This document shows positions 53,248-64,000 of a stretch of 64,000 bases of DNA, piece after piece; within the stretch, counting starts at the first letter, position 1, and each line of letters begins with the position of its first letter. Source of the DNA: Chrysomallon squamiferum (lineage: Eukaryota; Animalia; Mollusca); the NCBI GenBank assembly GCA_012295275.1, contig CM022667.1, forward strand, positions 21,204,001-21,268,000, read 5' to 3'. The position numbers and the translations under genes were made by a program. Under the pieces are notes generated by a model, which had not been told where the DNA came from, searched no databases, and was given only the letters and a program-made list of their open reading frames with translations.

Positions 53248-55956
53248 ACACACACAACTACATCAAAATTACAGACATTCAATACATACACCGATACAAC
53301 CATACTTAGAGACACAAAATTATGCTTCCACTTTTTACAGACCTAGCAGTGGTTTACATGTCACTGGAAGTTACCATTATGATGACGGGGACGAAAAGCT
53401 CAACAATGACACATTCCAGAGAGAACCATTCATCATTCATCTGCAATCTGAGAAAACTGGTAATATGCTGTTTACATTCATTCACATAATATATATAAAT
53501 TTACTTCTCTTTATTTTTCATTAATTTTTGTATTTATTATTACTATATTATTATTTATTTAATTACTTTTATTATTATTATTATTGTTATTATTATCTTA
53601 TGCATATTGTTACTGTTTCTAATTCATCTGTCTTTTTATTTCTTCTTACTGATTTGTTATGTTAATTTTAATTTATTTTACTTCATTATTATAATTGTTA
53701 TTAGTAGTAGTTTAATCTTACTGATTTCTAAACACATTTTTCTTGTTTCTTTAAAATTCTTCATTCTTAATTTTGTTGTTTCTTTATATTCATATTAAAA
53801 TTATTTTTATTATTTATTTTATGTGTGTGTGTTTAGATAAGGAATTTTTTATTCTCTTTTTGTATCTTATTATTTTTGTAGCATATCTTTTCATTTATTT
53901 TATTTTTTTATTATTATTGTATTCGTATTTCATATTACTACATTTACACTTTAGGAGTGCTTTCTGTTTACATTTATTCTTATTGCTTCTTCTTGTTAAT
54001 TCTTCTCATTTCTTCTCATACATGCATTTCTCTCTTCTTATTTTTCAGTTCTTATTTGTTTTTATTCTTTGATTTTGTTAATGGTCATCTTTCATCATAC
54101 ATTAATTTTATTTATTTAGTACTGTTAAAGATTCTTATTGTTCATTATTCTTTTGTATTCTTTTTCTTCCATTTTTATATTTCATTCAAAGGATATAATT
54201 TTTCCTTAATACTAATTATAGTGTAATGGTTTGGTCATATACAAATATATAGATATATAAAAATTTATGACCACAAATTGTGGAAAGAAAATATTCCTCA
54301 AATAAGATATACCTATCTGAATAATATACAAATGTATGAAGACAACAAAATAAAATATTTCATAATTCTTAAAAATCACATTAAAATATTATATAATTTT
54401 TTTAACTAAACAATACATTGTGTTTACTTAATAGTTCGACATTTTTTAATTCTATCAAGAAAGAGAACATCAATAACTGTAAATATTAATTAGTAAACAT
54501 TTGTTTTATTTGTTGGTTTCACTTTTTTGGAGGGACTGAATTCAATTTTAAATGACTATTTTTGTATTAGTTTTGTGTTTTTTTATTACAATCCTACAGT
54601 ATAGTCCTATAACTCATTAACTGTTATAAGTTTGTTGAAATATATATATATATTACTTTTCCTATGTTCACTGACAGAGTAGTGTCTTTACTTTTATTTG
54701 TAACTAGAAAACTTGTGCATACAATGATATAGGCATACATTTAAATAGATGTTTGTTTACTTTAGTGATCAGCGAATTTACATTGATTGCTCTGCACACT
54801 GAACCCCAGCAGTCTGTAAAAGAACTAATGGCATTGTTAGATGTTCATGACGACGTTTTGAAAAAATGGCAGACAGGCAATATTATAATAATGGGTGACC
54901 TCAATGCTGATTGTGCATATGTTTCCAAGAAGGACTGGCCAAACATTTTGGTAAGACAAATGAAACAGTTCTACTGGCCAATTTCAGATGACACTGACAC
55001 TACAGTTGGGACAACAGACTGTGCTTATGACAGGTATTTCTCTTTGATTTTTCATCTTTACTTTTGGTGGGGAGAGTAATTTTATATCACAAATTTAAAA
55101 ACTATTTCATGATGAAAGAGTATAATTTTACAGGCTGTTTGAAAATAACAATAATAATAATTAAGCCTAATAATAAATATGTTGATTTTATTGTCGTTTT
55201 TGTTTTTTTGTTGGGTTTTTTCCTTTATTTATCTTTGTAAGAATAAGAGTTAAAATTTTAGTTTTTTTAATATTTTTTTGTAATGAAAGTGTTAGTATAA
55301 AGACCCAGATCTATCATCTACATTGTATTTTTATTCACACATACTATTTATATTTTTAGATTTATTGTTTCTGGGGAGAAACTTATAAGAAGTATAATTA
55401 GAAAAGAAACTAAAGTTTTCGAATTCCAAAAAGAGTTTCACTTGACACAGACTGAGGTTTGTTTAATTACTGTATGTATTTAATGTGCCTTCACTTTATT
55501 AATATTCTATTTCATTTAACCATATTTTCTTTGTTGGGGTTCCTTTCTTCTTTTAATTTTTGTTTTTTTCTTTTTTTTAATGTTTTTTTGTGTATTTATA
55601 ATAATTATTATTTATTTGTTTAAACTTTAAGAATAAGTACTGAAAAGAAATATAACATAATAAACAGATAAGTTGTTGGGAGGTAAAAAAGTGAGTCCAC
55701 TTGTTATGTTAACCTATTAGATCTCAAACACAAATTAACACCTAAACATTAGGGACACAAGTATTTCTATGTTTTAATGTTTTTGTTTCAGGCCTTGGCA
55801 GTCAGTGATCATTACCCTATAGAGATGGTGATAGCAGAGACTGTTCGCTTGACAACAAACAGAACCAAACAGCTTCTTCCTTTTATGTCCATAGCATTAA
55901 CCACAGTGACTTTTACCATCTTTGTTACATCACATTGCTCTTATGCCCACTTATAA
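51454..55956 (+). CDS. DNASE1: Deoxyribonuclease I family protein, secreted, with hydrophobic C-terminal tail; 321 aa, 7 coding exons
   Basis: Exons 51454-51594, 51978-52066, 53055-53141, 53341-53459, 54766-55033, 55360-55456, 55792-55956. Signal peptide MWVNFYMSWMTLCLMLPASC, then LKIGSFNIQIFG, YDIVLIMEIRD, SDRLGRTFSKEQYAFLYR, DTFQREPF, LHTEP, IMGDLNADC, DTDTTV..TDCAYDRF, AVSDHYPIE; DNase I catalytic residues are present. Symbol denotes the family, not strict vertebrate orthology. Confidence 0.95.
53520..54230. repeat. T-rich low-complexity intronic tract in DNase I
   Basis: Very T-rich and G-poor; produces spurious F/L/I-rich ORFs in the track. Confidence 0.8.
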
Positions 55957-58900
55957 TTTAAATAACAACGTGTTTACAGGAGTCTGTTTGGGAATGTGTG
56001 TGTGTGTGTGTGTATGTTTATGCATACTTATATCACAACATATTTAATTTTAACAACATTTTTGTTTATTTTTGTTAAAAGTAGTGCCTTAGCAACAACA
56101 GCAACTGTATTATTACTATTGAAATTATTACTATCACAACTTCTACCATTACTGAAACTACTATTGAAAGGGTCAGAAAAATAGTTCAAGATTCAGAAAT
56201 GTAAAACTCAGGTAATATTAACATCAAAAAAGGAGTTAGTAATGAAAGACTGTTTGCCTGGTTTCTTAAAACTTTTGTTTTTCATTAAAGTGTTTGTAAT
56301 TGCATACAAATACAATACTGTTTTAGGTTTACACACATACACACTTCCAAAGGCTGTTCAGAGGCACACAATACCATAACAGCATGTTTGACATGATACA
56401 TTCACTGGTAAGCATAACAAACATCATCTTATCAGTTAACTACAAAAGTTCTTTGAAGTCTGTCTGTTGTTATATTATGTAAAGAGATACTTTATTGAAT
56501 AGAAATACAGATGTCTGAGGCAGACATACTTCATTCCGGTTATTCCCATTGGTCTGTATTTACCCAGGGAAACAACTCTTTGACCATTCCAGCCAATTTT
56601 GATATTTGATATTGTTTTAAGAGCATAAAAACAAACAAAAAACCTTCCACAGTGGTGAATAGCAGATGAAAAACAATTGCTAAGTACTAATTTATTGTAA
56701 ATAAAGACATGTTATCAGACTTGTTTTGTCTTAAAACCACACTGTAAAATATTGCAGGTGAACATACTCAAGTTTTTTTTTAAATATTTACTTAATTTTG
56801 CACTGGTCAGAGTTGGACTAAAATTGAAGTAATACAAGGACTTGCCACTGGAGTAATTAACTCGCATCAAATTCTTTACTTAGATGGACACAAATTACAC
56901 AAAAGTTACCAATTTCCAGTTCTTTATAATTCTCAGGTATTTTACTCAATTTCTACTGGTTGGTAATTTTCTGTATTTATTACCTTGCTTACTTACTATT
57001 TTTATTACTTTATTTTCCCTTTTTTAATGTATATATCAATAACTGTTTTTGTTCAGGTGTGGGTGTGAGTGTGTATATATAAGGAAGGACAAATAGAATG
57101 GTGGCAAACATTTTTATTTATTTGTTTGTTTTATATGTAAGAAAATGCAGCCACTTGAAACAACTCTTAATGATGTGCAGTAAGAGAAACGTTTTATGTT
57201 CGTATTTCTATCGGGAAGAAAACACACAGACTTTGATACCTTAGCTGTGCAGCATTGTTTCAGTATTTGAATGATTGTGTATAATTGCTAAAATTTAGCT
57301 TCTTTATTCACTGAAAATATTTGTTAATCAATTTATTTCTGTGAATTTGTTACCTCATCTTTCATAGAACGAATTCATATCACTTTGCAATGTTTGTTTT
57401 AGGAATCTCTAATATAATATTTTCAAAAAATATTTATTTATTTATTTATTGTTTTTATTATTTTATTGAAAAGAAGATAAAAAAAATGAGAAAAAGCCTA
57501 GATTATCATGCACTGAATCCGCTACAAACTATTGTTCACATTATTTAATAAAATTTGGCTAATAATGATAACAATAAATTTAATGTATGTAAGGTACGTA
57601 TGTACACACATACGAATATACTTCTTTTGAAAAAAAAACAAAAAATAAAAGTTAAATATGTTGCAAATTATAACTTTATCATTTGTAACTGAATAATATT
57701 TACTTTATTAAGAAATTTTACGTGTCATGTTTTGAATAAATGTATTAAATATTTCACAGAAAAAGGGAACTGAGAAGGAAAATGGAAATAATGTATACAA
57801 TTAAGACTTAAAGTTTTGTTTCGAGACAGACTAAAACATAATAGTGTCCAGATTAAATATATCACAAGTAATATGTTGTAAAACAATTATCGTTTTTATT
57901 TTGTCATATTATTAAAACTGTGTTTCAGTTTGGCTGTGCTGTCATGTATTTTATTATGATTCGAAACGTCTTGAAGTTCGTCGCAGCCTTGACCCCTCCA
58001 TAACTACGAGCCTGCAAATTATTTAAATTATTACATTCATATAATCTACATGAATAGAATAGAACAGTTAAAATAAAAACAACAACAAAAATAATTTTTT
58101 TGTCAAATGTGTATTTTTTCATTTCAACGGATCTTTTCATTTCTTCCTTTTACTTGTGTTCGACGGTTGCTGACGAACAACAATCCGAAAAATCATTATC
58201 ATCATCCGAAACTTCGTTATAATCGTCATCCTTTTTTTGTGTGTGTGTATATATATATATATATCATACCTTTTCAGATTAACGTGGAATTTATTTTCTG
58301 TTAAATATGTAATAATTGATTATAGCTTTTAAAATGAACTACCGTTTACAAAATGGTCTTTTAAGATCTAAAAGCAGTTAAACACTAATGATGTAACTTT
58401 GAAGAATATATGTACGTAAATAACAAGTAATTTATCGAAGTAAATATAGTTCCATCCGACCCAAAAAGTTCTGTAGTCTCTGGGAAATGCAACGTTATTC
58501 ATTGTAAACATCCTTACTCTAACTCACACTTTTTTCTACTACTCACTTCATATTATCTCTCTCTTTAAAATACACACACAGACACTCAATTCATATTATC
58601 TAGTCTATAATCCGTGTATCATTTTGCTTTTCTAATCTCAACATAGTCATCATTAATCTTATAATCAAATGGAAAACTGTCATATAAAAAACATTGTCTG
58701 AACTTGATTGATCATCTGCATACTTATTTATAACTGGGCGACTTACTGAATGGAGTTTGAACAGAATATGCTACGGTTTCTGCTTAACACTATCTTACCC
58801 CTGGCATTTGGTAAAAGATTCCTTTTTCCATGACCATCTGAAAAGTGGTACTGGCTCACTGAGAACACTGACCCTCATTTCTTGATGTACACAGACCTTT

Positions 58901-59887
58901 CATTCATTTTTCCAAAATAAAGCCACGTACTCTATTGCAGTCCCCGTCACATTCAGCACATACTATAAATATGTCTATTGCAGGGGAATTGGTGATGTTA
59001 AAAAAAAGTGAATTAAAAAATATAAAAATTAAATATTTTTGTCGTATTTAAGACAAATATTAAATATGGAGAAATTGTTTAGCGATTAATGAGAGAAAGA
59101 ATTACCTAATATATTTACTTAAATTTGAAACAAAAAATAAATATTATTTGAATAAATACGAATGTAAGATAAGAAAATACAAATGTAGTGGTGAAAATAT
59201 ATACATAAAAAAAGATATCAGTTGTTTTTAAGCTGATGGAGGATGGACCAGTAATAACTTATGAGTGTGTGTCAAATGGATGCAAACTGGCAATGGTAAA
59301 AAACACGGTTCATGACGTTGACTGAGCGGTGTCAAATGATTGAGCCCACCTTCAGGGCGATGTATAGTTCAGTTCATTAGCCTAAGTCTGTCTAAGCAAT
59401 ATACTTATAAAGCTAACTGTATTTCAGTTTGAACTTCTCAAAGACCTTATCAATTTATTGAGAATTATCCACTTTCCATACGTGACCATTTGAGACTGAC
59501 AATTTACGACGTATGTGCCAAAAAGATTTTCCTATTCATTTCCATGAGCTTTTTTTATTATCTCCTCACACACACACACACACACGCACATACTTAATCA
59601 GGAGAACATTTTTATGAAAAGGTATGCACTTATTTAGCAGAATAAACTGAATGTAGACTAAAAACAAGCTAACGTTAAAGTCAAGCTAAGACTGGTTACA
59701 ATTCGGAACACACCCACCACAAATTACCTCCCTTGAAATCATTTACATCAACCTTCTAAAGCCAAAATAGTCGAGCATCTTTTTTAACATCGGGAGCTCA
59801 AAAACTATATATTAATACTCCTTGCTTCATTCTGTTATTTTCAAAGTAATCATAATTTGACTTCATTCACAGATATTTCATGTTATA

Positions 59888-59918
<31 letters not shown>

Positions 59919-60039
59919 TATTTTTCTTTCATATTTTAAAACTCTGAAATATAAGATGTGCGAATATCCTAATTGCGGTACCTTCAGCGGGTTCTTAATG
60001 AAAACTGAAAAAGTTCTGCAGTGATGTTTTTGTGTCTAT

Positions 60040-60201
60040 TTTTTTGTTGGTTTTTTTGTTGTTGTTTTTTTGTCTTTGTTGTGATTGTTGCTGTTGTTCT
60101 TGCTATTGTTGTTTTGTTGTGTTTTTATTTATTACTTATTATTATTATGATTATTATTATTATTATTATTATTATGATTATTATTATTATTATTATTATT
60201 T
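60040..60201. repeat. (GTT)n/(ATT)n low-complexity microsatellite
   Basis: Visible trinucleotide runs. Confidence 0.9.
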
Positions 60202-61548
60202 AATGATTCAGCAATTATAAAAATTAGAAATAAATATAATACTTTATTTCGTGAAATATCCATACAAAAACCAAGCCCTTATTTCCATAAAATCCCCGTC
60301 AAACGAATCTAGAACGATAACTAGCTGTGTGTGTATGTGTCCAGCAAAAGACTGTGTAAACCGGACTTAAAATTTAAAATTGATAATAACAATAATAATA
60401 ATAAGAAGAAGACCGTAACCATTGTTTGTAACCGTAAACATATATTAATACATATACATGTATATGACTGTCTAACAAGTAATGGGGATTGATAAACAAA
60501 AATAAAAATAAAAATTAGTAAAAAATACTTAAAAGCTATTACTAATGATAATGATTTGTTAATATAATCGTAGAGCTCTATCTGGAATGGAAAACTAACA
60601 AGTTGTAAATATAAAATAACAAATGTTTCATAAGCTAATTAAATCACTGTTGTTTTCTGAATGTGAATGTATGATCTAATTAGACTCGTTCAGTAACTGA
60701 TAGAAATTCTAGTAATTGCAAATGGCAACTTATTTATGAACTTAGAAGTGACGAGAAGTAAAAAATCTCAATTTGACAAAAGATCTGACGTTGCAACAAC
60801 GTGTCTATTCACTGAATAAATCATTGGACAACATGTTATGAAAACGAACAGTTATTACTTTAAAATGTATTTATTTTAGATGAAAGTAAATGCAAACTAC
60901 TTCAACAGGATAATTTAATTGGGGGGAGTTGAAAAGACAGTGTTCAGTTTGTTAATTAATATGAATTGATTTTATCTTAAAAAGAAAAAAGTAATTATTA
61001 GGATGTCGCAGCATGTTTCGTAAACATTGTTAGTAATTATTACGTTAATCGAAACGAAGGTTGTTTTATTATAAATTTTTTAAAGTGTCTGTGTGTGTGT
61101 GTGTGTTTCAAAACGCAATCTATACAAATGCAAGACGTATATAACGAATCTAAGAAATCATTTCCGAGAGTCTCCTATTAAAAACAAGTTAATTAAAGAG
61201 CATAATTAGTTATCTCTTCAAAGGCATTAATATCCGAATTAGATTATTGCAATCAATTTCTTTAAAAAGATAATTATTATAAAGTTTTAGGTATAACTGA
61301 TATACAAATTAGCATTTCAGAAAAGAGTGTATAATTATTAATACCTCTGAGGGATGGTGTAATTTTTAGCATTCTTTCTATATAAGTAAAGTTATTTTCA
61401 GATTCCAGGTAACATATACTATATTTGAAGAACGGTATTTGTTAATAAAGTTTTATTAATTTATTTCAAAAAAAAAATTTCATTTATTAATTAATTAATT
61501 AAAAACTCATTTTAAAATCAATATAACATGAAAAAATGACAAGAAGAC

Positions 61549-61593
<45 letters not shown>

Positions 61594-61951
61594 TCAATTA
61601 ATAAATTTGAAATAATAAATATTATTCATTAGGAAATACGCAGAAATATTTAACATATATTTATTTGTTGATTATATAAACAAAAAAAAAAACAAAAAAA
61701 CGGGGGGGGGATCAGAAATACTGCATTTAGCGTGAAAAATGATGGAATAAAGAATACATAATATGTTGCTGCAGGTATTCAAGCCATTGGATCTATCCAT
61801 TTCCCTGTCGTCTGCTTTGCACGCTTTAAAGAATGACGTTCTAATGGTTTCGGCAGTGAGCCAGATATTTCTTAACCGGTTCGTCCAGCTGAAAACGAAG
61901 AGAGAAATCAAACTTTGTCGACGAAAAAATGCTTTTTGAAGGAAAAGTGTA

Positions 61952-61956
<5 letters not shown>

Positions 61957-62022
<66 letters not shown>
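61957..62022. repeat. (GA)n microsatellite
   Basis: ~33 GA units. Confidence 0.95.
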
Positions 62023-62029
<7 letters not shown>

Positions 62030-62089
62030 TGGTTATTCTGTATTTATTCAAAACAGTGATAAAAAAGTACAAATGGACCAACAGGAACG

Positions 62090-62751
62090 AAATCTCGTAA
62101 CGGCAGAATTTATGTCACCGGGATAAATGCCTCCGGGATTTCGCCGATTTATTGGGTACTAACTACACATGAATGGTCTTTCCTGTAGGGTTCTGACACG
62201 GGAAACATGCCAGTTAGAAAAGTCAATACATTAATCTTATACCGAATTATAATTTTAGTTTATTATTTGCACAGAAATAATCCAGTTTGAAAAGTTTGAT
62301 TAAGTTGAAAAAGTAGTTAGGAAAGGCGCAGGACATCAGGGTTTACTAATACGAACAACCATCCTTGTCTTTAACAATGTAAATCATAAAAAGTTCAGAA
62401 AAATTACGCAACATAGTTGAATTTGGAAGTTTAAAAACCCGATCAGACGGCTTCCGAGCGCTCATGGAAACTTCCGATCGCAATCTAAGATGGCAGCGTC
62501 GAACTCCAGTCGGTGTTTACAAACTTTTAAACATGTATTCCTTCATAAAGTAATCAATTCTACATGGATTATTAAAAGTAAATTGGGGAAATATATCATA
62601 TAATTAAAGTATCGTGTACACAGACCTCTATTATCGAGTAGTCATTGCTGCAAGGATCGAAACTTTTTTTGGTACCTTTGGTGTCATACCATCTCGTACC
62701 GTTTAGTACTATATTTTTATCAACTATTACAACGATGTCGCCAGAAAAATA

Positions 62752-62782
<31 letters not shown>

Positions 62783-62900
62783 TAAATAGACAAATAATTA
62801 ATTTCACAGACACTGGCGCGTGAATATGAAGATGACTATTATCATTAGGTGCCATGTGGACACGTTACTCTGCTAAAACTCCAAAGCAGACAGTTCTGAG
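62090..62900 (+). promoter_or_regulatory. Putative CpG-containing promoter/5' end of a downstream gene
   Basis: Local CpG enrichment; ETS-like ACTTCCG (~62470) and YY1-like AAGATGGC (~62487); exon-like segment 62810-62899 (TTCACAG acceptor, GCCATG at 62854, GTATGT donor). Confidence 0.35.
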
Positions 62901-63266
62901 TATGTAGTTGTAATACAATACTTGAAACCATTATAATTGTATTATTATTATTAATAACCGGCCGAATAAAAAAAAAAAAAAAAAAAAAATTGATTAAAAA
63001 TTAATTTTTCACTCTTTTTCGTTAAAACAAAAAGCTTTCATTTTTTAAAACCTGTACTGTTATATATGCAAACAATGAGTTTCCTATTTTAATTCTAAAA
63101 AAGTCATTGGTTCAACTTTTATTAAAAGTTGATATTAAAACTGCTAGAAAAAGCATTGATTAAAAACTTATTAAAAATAGATTATCATTATTAACATTTA
63201 TTATTGTGTTGAAATAGAAATTACTTAAATTTCTAATTTTCACACTTGGTGAATGAAGACGTAAAC

Positions 63267-63359
63267 CTTCACTGACTTATTACGATGTTGTAATCTTCAC
63301 TGACTTGTTACGATGTTGTAATCTTCACTGACTTGTTCCAATGTTGTAATCTTCACTGA
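63267..63359. repeat. 28-bp tandem repeat CTTCACTGACTTGTTACGATGTTGTAAT x3.3
   Basis: Three near-identical copies plus a partial copy. Confidence 0.9.
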
Positions 63360-64000
63360 ACATTTGAAAATTGCCGCGTGACGGCTCACATTCATACTTT
63401 AACCTTCCTTCAAATTTTTAAAACTGTTCCTCGAACACATCTAACTAAATACATGTAGTCTATTTTATTTTACAACACTGATATCTTTCCATATGCAATC
63501 TGAGGTCAAAATAAGTCATAGTTTTTACAAACCGGATGAAAAAGCCAGTTATTATACGTACTTGTATAGTTTTGTATATATGTATATATATATATGTGAC
63601 ATCTCGCCCAAATGTTTTTGCCCCGCTCTTCTCGGCGGTTAAATGTTTTTGCCTCATTTCAAAACGAGTCTAGTTACAGCCATGAACATAATTATACATG
63701 TTTATTTATGTTCAAATGTTTCTGTACAAGTATTTACTGGATATTATATCGATGTATTTATTTCCACATATATCAGGATATTATGAAAACTATTAATATT
63801 AGTTTAACTAAATGATCTGAAAAAAATGATGAAAAGAAATAAGAAATAAATTAGAACGATCAGAGATATAAAAGAAAAACAAATATTTACATGTAAAGAT
63901 AACACAGACATGAAAACTGTATAATGTAATAACTATAATTACTGTTATTGTCAGTTTTGTTTGTCACGTGTTAATTATCAGTAAGCAAATATCTTATCAG

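Noticed and set aside
53607-54226. Hydrophobic ORFs resembling membrane or mitochondrial proteins
   Set aside because: Artefact of a T-rich low-complexity intron; no conserved motifs.
1-55956. Helicase + kinase + nuclease cluster as an operon-like defence system
   Set aside because: Three independently oriented, intron-rich eukaryotic genes; nothing in the sequence indicates co-regulation, and synteny data would be needed.
60021-62100. Poly-I/Y, SL- and ER-repeat ORFs
   Set aside because: Translations of (ATT)n and (GA)n microsatellites.

Overview
AT-rich, intron-dense animal genomic DNA (style suggests an invertebrate, probably a mollusc; this is inference). Hand-splicing gives three phase-consistent multi-exon genes. 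(1) + strand, <1-26420: 3' part of a TDRD12-like piRNA-pathway protein (40 visible exons, ~1433 aa) with DEAD-box-like helicase, CCCH finger, two extended Tudor domains, an unexpected ~330-aa armadillo-like repeat block and a CS domain. (2) - strand, 48437-29957: a NEK8/NEK9-family kinase (31 coding exons, ~1444 aa) with an unusual DUF4347-like N-terminal domain, RCC1 repeats, a coiled coil and a terminal CaaX box. (3) + strand, 51454-55956: a secreted DNase I with a hydrophobic GPI/TM-like tail. TDRD12 introns hold a ~3-kb minisatellite (32/35-bp units) whose last unit is the real splice acceptor and whose unit mimics the U1 snRNA 5' end, plus a decayed FLYWCH-MULE transposon. Two well-supported and one possible GC-AG introns, several splice-site-spanning duplications and candidate microexons are present. 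56-64 kb is mostly intergenic, with a possible CpG-containing promoter near 62.4 kb. No CRISPR, tRNA or rRNA was found. All domain names are by eye, not from searches.
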